Source of the DNA: Camelus dromedarius
Taxonomy: Eukaryota
Assembly: GCF_036321535.1 (NCBI RefSeq)
Contig: NC_087436.1
Span: 53,818,001 to 53,882,000 of the forward strand
DNA length: 64,000 nt
Reading direction: 5' to 3'
Shown here: piece by piece, positions 23,787-34,889 of the stretch
Layout: each line of letters starts with the position of its first letter
How positions within the stretch are numbered: position 1 is the stretch's first letter
Program-made: the position numbers and the translations under genes
The notes under the pieces: model-generated
What the model was told of the DNA's origin: nothing
The model's database searches: none
Seen by the model: only the letters and a program-made list of their open reading frames with translations

Positions 23787-23941
23787 TCCTTTTCTAAGAG
23801 ACTGTTTTCTGTTCTTCCTTCAAAACCCAATTTGTGTTCGCTTCTGTGAGGGGAGGTGGGCTCTTCCCATGAGGAATGGGTAGTCTGTCCTCTAGAGTCC
23901 TACAGCACTCCACTGGTGCCTTTATTTGAGCATTTATGATA

Positions 23942-24590
23942 GTCAGTCATTCATTCATCCAATGAGTACTTTTTGATGTCTGTGTGCCAAGTGGTATACA
24001 TTTAAGAACAAAAGAGATTGAAACAAAACCCCTGCTTTTTCTGAAGCTTATGTTTTAGTGAGGGTAACAGACAACTAACAAGATACGTAAGTAAACTGGT
24101 AACTATTTCAGATACTGGTAAGTCCTAAAGAGGATAAAATCAGGAAAATGTGTATCTGTGTGTGGTGGGGGAAGGGGAGTGGCTCTTGATAGGGTGGCCA
24201 GGTAATGCTGGAGCATGACTCCCAGGGAAATGAGGTGCAGGCCATGAGATACCTGCAGGAGAGCAGTCCGGGCAGGGGAGCCTATGGCCACAAAGGCTGT
24301 GCCTCTGGCGGGCCAGGTGTGGGAGGAGGCAGCACAGTGATTGGCACCACGGGGAGGGGGACGTGGCAGGAAAGGACAAAGTGGGAGATCATTCAGAGCT
24401 GTGGCCATGAAGGGACATGAGAAGCCTTTGGAGAGTTTTGAGCAGAGAAGTGGGCATGATCTGACTTACACTTTGAAAAGGAACCCTCTGTTGTATAGAG
24501 ACTAGCGTGTGTGTGGGGATAGAAGGGCAGAACCAGGGAGACCAATTAAGGGGCTGAGATAAGCTCTTTGAACAGCTGGGATGGTGGTAC
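23942..24590 (-). mobile_element. L2 LINE 3' portion
   Basis: Begins with a (CATT)n tail remnant; 'gaagcctttggagagttttgagcagagaagtgggcatgatctgacttacactttgaaaagga'. Confidence 0.8.
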
Positions 24591-24819
24591 TCAAACTTTG
24601 GGAAACATGTGCACAGTTTGTGAGCGATGCAAAATTCTGCCCTCAGAAATGAAATTCATTAGGCCTCACCTGTGTTCACAGCCACCTCTGGGCGATGCTC
24701 ATGTGGATGGTCCTTGAACCACGGATTGATAGAGTAACAAGTGATTTTGGAATGAGTGAATAATTGGTTTATGAAAAATCATTTAGAGATATTTATCGAT
24801 ATGAAGTGTTTCCACTCTA

Positions 24820-25590
24820 ATTTTTAAAATTTTTTATTGAAGTGTCATTGATTTACAGTGTTAGTTTCAGGTGTACAGCAAAGCAATTCAGTTATGCATA
24901 CATATATATTTTTTTCAGATTCTTTTCCATTATAAGTTATTACAAGAAATTGAATATAGTTCCCTGGCTACATAGTAGGTCCTTGTTGTTTATTTTATAT
25001 ATAGTAGTATGTGTCTGTTAATCCCCAAATCCTAATTTATCCTTTCCCCTTTGGTAATCATAGTTTTTCTGTGTCCATTAGTCTGTTTGGTTTGTAAATA
25101 TAATTTGTATCATTTGTTTTAGATTTCACATATAAATGATACCATATGGTATTTGTCTTTCTCTGACTGACTTCACCTAGTATGATAATCTCTAGGTCCA
25201 TCCATTTGCTATGTTGCTGCAAATGGCATTATTTCATTCTTTTTAAAAATTTTTTGGTTGAGGGGGGATAATTAGGTTTACTTATTTATTTTTAGAGGAA
25301 GTACTGGGGGTTGAACCCAGGACCTTGTGTATGCTAAGCATGTGCTCTACCACTTGAGCTATAGCCTCTCCCTATTGCGTTCTTTTTTATGGCTGAGTAG
25401 TATTCCTGTGTATATATACCACATCTTCATTCAGTCATCTGTTGATGGGCATTTAGGTTGTTTCCATGTGTTGCCTATTATAAATATTGCTGCTATGAAC
25501 ATTGGGGTGCATGTATCTTTTCAAATTAGAGTTTTCTCTGGACATATGCCCAAAAGTGGGATTTCTGGATCATATGGTAAGTCTATTTCC
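24820..25590 (-). mobile_element. L1 3' fragment including the ORF2 end, with nested SINE
   Basis: 'ttattgaagtgtcattgatttacag...gttgctgcaaatggcattatttcattc...tgctgctatgaacattggggtgcatgtatc'. Confidence 0.9.
25241..25372 (-). mobile_element. tRNA-derived camelid SINE (vic-1 type) inserted in L1
   Basis: 'ataattaggtttac...gtactgggggttgaacccaggacc...gagctatagcctctcc'. Confidence 0.9.
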
Positions 25591-26129
25591 ACTCTTATTG
25601 ATTTATTTCTTATAAACATATTACTCAAAAAATTATATGTGGTAGTATAAATTTCTTCTTATGACTTATGTAGTATGTAAAGATCTAACTAGACAAGACT
25701 ATTATTTTTTAAAGAGAAGATGTGTATTTTATGAAATAAACATAACACTCTAACATGCTATTTTCCTGCCTCCTAACATGTGGTTTCAGAAGGAATGAAT
25801 AAATGGTGCTAATAGGATTCATTCACAAAGAAGCTATTAAATGTATTCAAGAGAAAATTGGATTCGGGGAGTAGTAGGTTGGATGAAGCCATTAAAGATG
25901 TGAATGAGTATTTGAAGTACAAATGAGTGTTTTAGAGCCGGAATGGGCCAGATATGGCTTGGCATTTTATTGTACCAGAGGTCCAAGGGACCCGTGACAG
26001 AGGGAGCAGTGGAACACGGTTCAGTGCAAAGCATTAGGGATTTTTGTTTCCTCTCCTTGGTGAAGTAAATTCAGTCTTGCGTAGGTAATCCTGGGTTGAA
26101 CGTGAAAACAAGTTGTGCCTTGTTTAACT

Positions 26130-26350
26130 GTATAATGTTGTGGCCAAGGGCGTGGACTTTGGAGCCGGACTAGCTCCAAATCCTGCTCTGAACTCTCAAG
26201 GTGACTCTGGAATTACTCCCATGCTGCCGTTTCCTCTCAGGAGAGTAGTAGCACCTGCCTCACAAGCTCATTGTGAGGGGCGGCAGTTAACGCCCAGCAG
26301 GTGCTTAGAACAGGCCTGGCATGTTGCACGTGTTCAACAGTTATTAGTAT
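26130..26350 (+). mobile_element. MIR SINE
   Basis: 'gggcgtggactttggagccggac...ccaaatcctgctctg...gtgcttagaacaggcctggcatg'. Confidence 0.8.
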
Positions 26351-27119
26351 TTCTCCTCCACCCCCTGCGATTATTGTTATCATTATTAGTACATTTCAGT
26401 GCTTTCAAATCATATTTTCCCTTCTGGAATACTACAGATTTTCAATGATTATTTTGGTATGAACGTAGTTATTGTGTCTAAAATTAAGCTCATCCATATC
26501 TCTGATATATATGAGGAATTTAAAGTCTTAGTGTAGTGTTTATCCTTTGTATTTATGACTAACACTCTCCTGGAAGTCGGTTGCCATCACTTCTGTAACA
26601 TTGGGGTTTTTCCCTCTGTAAAAGGGGGATGCTCATACTTGCTTCAGGGACGTGTGTTGAGAATTAATGGATACATTAATGGTTGTGGCTCTACTGTGTG
26701 AAGTACTGATGAGCAGTGGTTACTGCTCTTATAATCTAAGTGTCATCATCAAACTGGGTCTCTGAACCAGGGGCACTGGGAGGACTTTTTCTTATGAACT
26801 GTGGGGAAACAGTGTTTTGGAACACCTTGGCTGTTTTATTACTTCCCGTGTCTGAAACAACATGAAAATGACTCCCCATATCTAAAATTCTCATACCTCC
26901 CCAACACCACTAACAAAACTAAATCAAATAACTTCTTGTAGAACTCTTAGTAATAACATGTTACTTATTAACTGAGTATTAAGTATATTTTCCGCTGGGA
27001 GATCACCATCTTTCATTTCTGACTTTCTTTTCTCATCATTATGCAGCAGTTGCAACTGTACTTAGCAATAACATTCTAAAAATTCCCACATCAGGTCTCT
27101 GAAGGCTTAGTCTGGTGGA

Positions 27120-27330
27120 GGCAATTGTAGTAGTGTGGTTTAAAAAAAAAAATAAAGTACATTTCAATTCTGTGTCATCAGAGGCAAGATTGGGAGCTTC
27201 GGCACTTCTGGACCTTTGTCCGTAAAACAGGGATAATAATACCTTTGGAATAACATATGTCAAGTACCAGGCACGAATACCAGCCTGTGTGACTGAGTGT
27301 GGCTAATGCTTGCAATGATTTTTATTACTT
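27120..27330 (+). mobile_element. MIR SINE fragment
   Basis: 'tagtagtgtggttt...ccgtaaaacagggataataatacct'. Confidence 0.5.
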
Positions 27331-28711
27331 TTCCCAGTGTGATTCAGTTTTCTAATGTAACTGGAACCAATTTCATAGTTTCCATGTAAAGCAAAAGAAA
27401 ATATCTTTTAGGTCCAAATGTCAATTGGGTTTTTGCCTGGCATGGACTTGCCTCAAACAGCTAATTTCCAAATTTACTCTGGGAGGACCCCCCTTCTATC
27501 AGTTGATAATATTATCTGTTGCAAAGGGTATGAATATGGAGTGAATACAGGGTTGCATATTTTATTCAAATAAAATAAGTCGGTGTAGTGCAATTTTACA
27601 TTTCCTGATTTTTATTAGTGTTGCGAGTCACTAAAGGAGTAGACTAACCAAGGACACAGGTCTGTATCTAAAAAGGACCACAGCCTGAGTGGAGATTGGT
27701 TCCTGTGCAGTGTTTCTAAAGGCAATGTTTATTTAACCCCAAAAGTCCTTTGTTCACACAGTTGCAAAGTTAAAATTCAATTCCTTGTAATGTAGTTTTA
27801 GCTGCACCCTTGATTAATATGTAAATCTCTGGATATGGCTTTTGAGGAACAAAATAATCTAAACTATAATTTTGAAATGGGACAGAAGATGTCATTACAG
27901 GTTTATTCTTAGGAGTCTCATCTTTTGATTTGCCTCTGTAATTAAATACCTACTTGTTGGCCAGGAGGGTGTGCAAGGGAACGGTTTTCCTCCTGCTTTA
28001 ATCACTGTGGATTTCTTACTTTGAAGTGGCATGTGACCGTCTTCCCTGGCTCTCAGACGCTTTGATGAAACAATAGGAACTTGTTAAGTACATAACCAGA
28101 CTTTTCACGTGGCTCCCTTACGGGAGCTCTGTTTTAAGCTAAATAGGTTTGATGTCCAGACTGAAAAACGTTTATTCATCAGTTCTGATAAAAGATCAAG
28201 TAGTTTAACCTCTCACAACATTAAGAGTGAGGGAACTAAAATGAGTTCCTCTCTCCCTTCCAAAAAAAAAAAAAAAGAAAAGAAATAAAGGGAAAAATGG
28301 AGGAAGAGTAAAATGGTGCATATCTGATTCTTCGTTAAAGTATCAGAATTTAGACCCTTTTCCCATCTTTTGTTTCTTATTACAGTTTTTTTCTGTTTTC
28401 TTTGTTTTTTTCCTGTTGTTTGGCTTTTTTTAATCTTTTGTCTCCTTCCTCTTTCTTAATCGACCAATTTTATAATTTTGTGACATCCTGTTTATCTTGT
28501 TCCTTTCTTCAGACTCCATTTTCCTCAATCCCACCTTTCATTTGGATCGCCTAAAAGATCAGACCACGCTTTTCTTTTTCTCCATTCGGTGCTTCCTCTT
28601 GAGGAATCTCGGACATGCTCCAGGCTGCTGAGCCTCAGATTTTAACTCTAGAGCCGGCTGACCTCCTTTCCAAACCTCTCCTACCTGCTATCCTGCTATT
28701 CCCACTTGAAT

Positions 28712-28817
28712 TTTATTTTTTGATTTTTTTTTTGGAGGGGGTGGAGTTAATTAGGCTTATTCATTTAAAATTCATGCATGCTGAGCACGCACTCTGCCAC
28801 TGAGCTATACTCTCCCC
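28712..28817 (-). mobile_element. Camelid SINE (vic-1 type) with internal deletion
   Basis: Head (actgagctatactctcccc) and taattagg block are present but the B-box segment is absent; TSD acttgaat at 28704-28711 / 28821-28828. Confidence 0.8.
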
Positions 28818-29489
28818 GCTACTTGAATGTTTTAGGACCCATCAGTCCTAAACCAACTCAGATACTTTCACACAAGCTAATTCCTCTTGTTTTTCTTTTT
28901 CAGAGCGCAATTCTGATGTTTACCCTCATTGGCTTATAACTTGCCAGGGAGCCCTCAGACATTGCTGGTAGGAATGAAAATGGTGCAGCCACTGTGGAAG
29001 ACACATTGGTGTTTCCTCAAAAAGTTAAAGATAGAGTTGCCATGTGACTCAGCAGCTCTACGCCTAGGTAGAGGCCCTAGAGAACTGAAAACAGGTGTTC
29101 ATATAAAGGGTGTCCAGGAGTGTTCAATAGTACCTTTATACATAACAGCCAAAAAAAAAAAATGGAAACAATTCAAATATCCATCAGCTGATGAATGGAT
29201 GAATAAAGCACACTCGATGGAACATGATTTGGCTGTCTAGAGGAATGAAGTACTGATACATGTACAACATGGAGGGACCTTGAAAACGTCATGCAAAGGG
29301 AAGGATGCAAGACACACAAGGCCACATACTGTGTGATTCCATTTATATGAAGTGTCCAGAGTAGACTAATCCACAGCGATAGAAAGGAGATTAGTGGTTG
29401 CCAAGGCTGGGGAGAGAAGGGAACAGGATTTCCTTTCCAGGTATGAAAGTGTTCTAGAATTAGATAGTAGTGATCATTACACTATATAT

Positions 29490-29670
29490 ATATTTAACAC
29501 ATTTTAAATTTTATTATTAAAAGTTTAAATTTTTAGGGGGGAGGTAATATTTATTTATTTATTTAACTTACTATCATTATTATCTTTTTATTTAACAGAG
29601 GTACTGGGGATTGAACCCAGGACCTTGTGTGTGGTAAGCATGCGCTCTACCATTGAGCTGTACCCTCCCC
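29490..29670 (-). mobile_element. tRNA-derived camelid SINE (vic-1 type)
   Basis: 'gaggtactggggattgaacccaggacc...gagctgtaccctcccc'; TSD acactatat / acactgtat. Confidence 0.9.
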
Positions 29671-29737
29671 TGACACTGTATTTTGAAGATACTAAAAATC
29701 AGTGAATTACATACTTTAAAGTGTTTTAAAATGGTGA

Positions 29738-30166
29738 CAATCTTAGTTCCCTGGGGCTGCTGTAACAAAGTACCACAACCTGGGTGATGTTAAAAGCAGG
29801 AATTTGTTGTCGCAAAGCTCTGGAGTCCACAAGTCTGAGATCAGGGTTTTGGCAGGGTTGGTTTCTGCCCCAGGCCTCTCCCCGGCTCCTGGGATTTGCT
29901 GGCCATCCTCTGCATTCCTTGGCTTGTAGACCCATCACCCCAATCTCTGCCTTCGTCTTCATATGCCGTATCCCTGTGTGCTTGTCTGTGTCCAAATTTT
30001 CCCTGCTTATAAAGACACAGTCCTGTTGGATTAGGACTTAACCTAGTTGCCTCATCTTAACTAACTACATCCCATCCCCCATGACTCTATTTCCAAATAA
30101 GGTCACACTGTGAGGGACTGGTTTTGACGTCATATGAATTTTGGGGAGACATAATTCAATCATAAA
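29738..30166 (-). mobile_element. MaLR solo LTR, MLT1C-like
   Basis: 'ttagttccctggggctgctgtaacaaagtaccacaacctgggtg...ttttggggagacataattcaatcataa'; 5-bp TSD ggtga / agtga. Confidence 0.85.
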
Positions 30167-30534
30167 AGTGACTTTTATGTGAATTTTGCCTCAATTAGGA
30201 AAAAAATCCAAAAAACAAACAACCGTCCAGGAACTTCTGACTGCTGTCACATAAGAGACCAGAGCCCTGAATGTGGTCTGGCCCCCGTTACCTGGTCAGC
30301 CTTGTGCTCTTCTCTCCCTGTGCTCTGCCCAGCCGGCCTCTTCCGGCACCAGCCATGCTCCCTCTGACCGCAGGGCCTGTGCCTACAACCTACTCTTATG
30401 CCTTTTTGACCATCCCCTCCCCTTCCTTTTGTTGCAAGCCTTTTCACCCCTTGGCTCTCAGCCCCAGCCTTACTCTCACGTAGAGCACTTGTCTGGCCAG
30501 CGTACGGCAGGCTGCTTTATATATACACCACCTC

Positions 30535-31100
30535 TGATTGGGTTGTTTCCCTGGGTAGCGGAGCACTCCACAACTTCCTGGTGTTAAACAACCATCCTGT
30601 TATGCTCTGGGATTCCATCGGTCAGGAACTCAGACACGCTGAAGATGGCTTGTCTCTCCTCTGTGATGTCTGGAGCCTCAGCTGGGAAGATTTGAACAGC
30701 TGGGGGCTGGAATCATCTGGGAGCATCTCCACTCATGTGTCTGGGGCCTGGATAGGGGTGGCTCAAAGGCGAGGCTCAGCTGGGACTGTTGACCAGAGCT
30801 CCTACTCAGAGTTCCCTCGTGTGGCTTAGACTTCCCCACAGCCAGGGTGTCCTGGGGATGGCCAGACTTCTTAGCACGCCAGTGCACGGCACCGAGATGG
30901 AGTATTCCAGCAAATAAAAAGAAGCAGAAGGCAACATGGCTTTTGTGACTTAGCTTTTGGAAGTGACATAGCATCATTTCCACCCTACGCTAACTATCAA
31001 AGCTATCATAGCCTACCCAGATTCACAAGGAGGGGACCTAGACCTCACTTCCTAATGGGAGAAGTATCAGAATTTGGAGCCATGTTTAAAGACTGCCACA
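30535..31100 (-). mobile_element. MaLR solo LTR, MLT1F-like
   Basis: 'ggtcaggaactcagac...gatgtctggagcctcagctgggaaga...gggggctggaatcatctgg...tttaaagactgccaca'. Confidence 0.8.
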
Positions 31101-32064
31101 GTACTTGCCAATCTCTGTTCCTTCTCAGTGCTCCTTTGTAAATCACTCACTCCTTTGTGTCCTTACTTGATTAATTTCTGCCTTTTCAACCAGGCAGTAT
31201 ACTTTGCTCACCATGATATTTCCAGTATCCAGCACAGCGGATGGCACATAAGTGGTGCTTGATAAGACTATGAAATGAAAGTTGACTGTGAAGAATTAGA
31301 CAAGGTAGAGAGCAAGGCAAGACATTGGCCTCTGTCGTAAACATCACAAGCACGTGCCGCTGAACCGAGCACGATCACCAGTAAGTACGCCCAATGGCCT
31401 GTAGCTTTATCGTTCCATCCTTATGATCTTAGTTGTTCAGCAGTAAGTCTGTGGCTGCCTTGTGCCTCTCGATATTACATGTGATGTCTGAGACCCGCTA
31501 CCCAAGAGAAAGTCATATTGACGCCCGCAATAAAACAACAACAGAAGTATAAGCAAAGCCAAATGTTTGCCGAGTGAATCCCCCAAAAGAAAATAAACAG
31601 AATGAAAAATTTAAGGTGTAAATAGGCTAATACTAATAGGGTTTGTGTGTGTGTCCATGGGTTTCTGTGCTCGCTAGGTGAAGAAGGGAATGTAGTGAAG
31701 GAAACAGTTTATTTTTTCATTTCTAACAGACTGACTGTCAGAGCTGTACGGGGCCTACTATGTTCATTTAACATTCTCTGCAGAATTTAGAAGTAGATTC
31801 TCCCTTCCATCTCTTTGGCTTCTCATTTCTTTTAGAAATTTCAAGTCTGAGACAGATGCACTTACAACTTTGCCGGGCACACGGTTCACTTGTTCCCCCA
31901 CAGCTGCTTGCATCTGTGCTGCAGACTTGGTAGGTGAGTGCCAGTTTCCCTCCCTTGCCTGTAAAATTTTCAGGGCAGTCATTTACACAGGACCTCTTAA
32001 AATGCAGAGGGATGTGGTTCAATGAAAAACGCAGTTTTAGTGTTTGCTTCTACACCAAAGATCC

Positions 32065-32305
32065 CAAGCCAGAGTGAAGTCATGTTAAAAACGGCTTTGG
32101 GGTCATGTGGACCTAGGTTTGAACCTTGACTTGGCTGCTTTTTGTTGACCTTAGGCAAGTTAGTTATCCTCCAGATGCCTCTTTCACTTAAAAAAACGAG
32201 GAGATAGAGTTGTTAGAAGAATTCAGTGAGATCATACATTGAAGAATCTCATGCAGTCTGGCACATGGTGAATACTCAATCAGTGTTAGTTCTTATGACT
32301 ATTAT
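32065..32305 (+). mobile_element. MIR SINE
   Basis: 'acctaggtttgaacc...gaccttaggcaagttagtt...ctggcacatggtgaatactcaatcagtgttag'. Confidence 0.8.
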
Positions 32306-33369
32306 TATACAAATGTAGCTGCTTGGGGTTTACTTGGAATTTAAATATAATAATGGAGTGGCTTTCAGAGAATGCTCAGTTTCATTCTGGTTTTGCTCTT
32401 AATTGAAAAGTAATTTTATGCTGTTTTAGGTCTGGGATATTAGTATATTATTAGTGTGGTTGTTCCTACTTTGTATTTAATACTTGCAACTTGTGCTTCA
32501 AAAAGTGTCTATTAAAGAATAAGTAAAATGTGCATTGAAAGAGATAAATGGTCCAAGATCCTAAGAGTTGAGGAAATTGAATGTATTATCCTAGCATCTA
32601 CTGTCATTAATGCCCTGAGACAGAATACATGGAGGTGTTTGTTTCAGGATGTCGGATCTCAAACTACTGGCTCCTGTGTTTCTGGACGAGGTCCTCATGG
32701 GTGGCGTCCTCTCCAAGGTCACCCCGGAGAGCACCACAGACTTGGTTCCGAAGGCTCTCGCTAACTCCCACTTGTGTAACCAGGGATGGTGGCAGATGCC
32801 GCGGTGTGTTACGAAGTGAAGTGGGAGGAGGGAGGGTTTTGTAACAGATGGTTTCTTGGATATCTGGGGCTTGTCCAGCTCTGAGCTTGGAGAACGATGG
32901 GCTAGACCCTGAACAGGCGCAGATGTAGTCCTGACTGCCAGAGCAGGAAGTGAGGTCCGCGGGCCGTGTCTTTGGGCCAGTTGCTGCTGCTCAGCTGGTG
33001 GGCTGGCACGGCAGCACCGGCGTCCTGAGGTTTGGTGAGGTAATTGTGGTACAGTAACAGCAAGGAGGTGGGAAACCCAGCCTGGAATCTGAGAAGGTCG
33101 TAACCACTTTTGAGCTATTGGTCTGTTTTAGAAAGAGTGTCAGCTACTGTGCCTTATGGGACTCACGCCACCTTTGGATGAGAATGTGTGAACCGAAGAT
33201 AGATGCACTGATTAGCACTGATCAGCCCCGTGTTCCAGCTTGTGTGGAACAGTAAGCAATGCTTTGTGGGAGGGCTTGGCTGTCCTCTTTGACATTTGCC
33301 TCTAGAGACTAGGAGCTTATCCCAGACTGCTAGCATCCTCTGATACCTTTTTGGAATGAGTAAATTATT

Positions 33370-33530
33370 CTTGGCTGGGTTCTAGTGTTTGGCCTTCCTC
33401 TCACTAGCTGGGTATCCTTGGGCAAATTACTTAATCTCTTTGTGCCTAACTTTGTTTATCTATAAAATGGAGAGGCCTGGATGAAAGACTAGATGAAATC
33501 ATACCTATGAGATCTTTAATGCCCGGCTCT
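33370..33530 (+). mobile_element. MIR SINE fragment
   Basis: 'ctagctgggtatccttgggcaaattacttaatctctttgtgcct...atctataaaatgg'. Confidence 0.75.
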
Positions 33531-34741
33531 GATTAGATCATTTCAATGTATCCATTTATTTTGGTATTTGCTTTTTTGAGTAGAGGGCTCCACAAATTTA
33601 CTTTTGTACAAAGTACAAAAGTACTTTTCCTCTTAAATTCTTCCTTATGGATTCAGGTGGTGCTTCTCCATATCTAGTATTCAAGAGTTTGGAAATTAGA
33701 ATCTGCATCATTATCTTACAGAAAGAGAGGGACCCAGATTTTCTCTTTCTGCAGCCTGGAAATAATTGCTTCCCATATGTGGTTGGGACAATGCTGGTCA
33801 TAACTGTCATTGGGGAGGTAAAGTATGGAAAGCACGGTGTAGAATTATAGAAGCATATTGTTGCAATGGCAGTAGTGGCCATCTGGTCAACCCTGTCATG
33901 TTGTGAGAAGAATGGGGCCTGGAAAGATTTACCACGTGTCTGTCTGAGACTGTGCAGCTGGACCCCATGAGGAGCGAAGTGAGCACATGTACTGTACTCT
34001 CTTCATCTTGACATCCCCACTGCCTCTTGGGCATCCCATCCAGCTGATTTCTTTATCGGTGCTTGTCGGAGTGACCTGAGGTAAAGATGCTTCACATGAA
34101 TTCTCCCCTGACCCATTCGGTTCTGAAATGTCAAATCACCCATACTCCAAAGAGTAATTTCAAGATGGAGAAAATTCCAGGAGCCTTGGATTTCCTCTTC
34201 AGTATGGTCTGTGTAAACATGAGCTGCTTCTCCGCAGCTGGGCTCAGGCTCTGCAAGTGTTCTTTGTGAGAGGTCACTTCTTACCTCTTCCTCCCACAAT
34301 TCCTTTTTCTCTGGGGTTTTAATTTGTAAGAGGGAAGCAGAGGTACAGTTCTGAGGGGTGATGCAGATTCTATGGAATGCAAGAGAAGCAAGAGCTAGGT
34401 GGGTTGGGTTAATGTGGAACTAAGAACCATTGTGGGGGTGAGAGTGGGGGTAGGGGAAAGTACAGCCAGAAAAGCCTTCCAAGTCTGCCTGGTGTTTGGA
34501 TGGAATTCGTCTGCACAGCTCTGGGAAATTGGAAGCATTCTCTAGAGACTGCGTGTGCATCACCTAAAGTGAGTTCTAGTGTCTGTGTCTTGCTTCCTTT
34601 TGCTTCTCATTGTTCTACTACTTACCTGGCTGCAGCCATAACACGCCCTGTGTGACGTTTCCTAGAACTCTGCTACCAGCCCATTTTGGCCATTTCTGCT
34701 TTAATCCCACCACTTCTCCCTAATTGAAATAGACACACTTA

Positions 34742-34889
34742 CCTTATTTTCTTCATTCTAAGACAGTTTTTAAAAACCTGTCTGAAATCCTGGTGAGTCT
34801 AAGAATTGATGTGTATATTTAATGTAGTGTTTTTCTTTTCCCTAAAAGCACTGTTGGGAAATTTCTGCATCTAAGAATTCGGAAATAAC
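34742..34889. mobile_element. TcMar MITE, MER104-like
   Basis: Inverted ends ccttattttcttcattctaaga and tctaagaattcggaaataac; internal 'tctgaaatc...tctaagaattgatg'. Confidence 0.5.

Larger units (their letters stand above)
28955..30205 (+). mobile_element. L1MB-like 3' fragment split by a SINE and MLT1C
   Basis: ORF2 C-terminus-like 'VGMKMVQPLWK..W.FLKKLKIELP.DSA'; 3'UTR 'atactgtgtgattccatttatatgaagtgtccaga'; resumes at 30167. Confidence 0.85.

Noticed and set aside
26706..26728. CTGATGA followed by the hairpin gagcagt-ggtt-actgctc, resembling a hammerhead ribozyme
   Set aside because: The required GAAA after stem II is absent (tctt), and it lies at the end of a MIR-like fragment.
28929..29240. 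ORFs here and at 25327, 39718 and 39991 as genes
   Set aside because: They are L1 ORF2 remnants or their antisense shadows.
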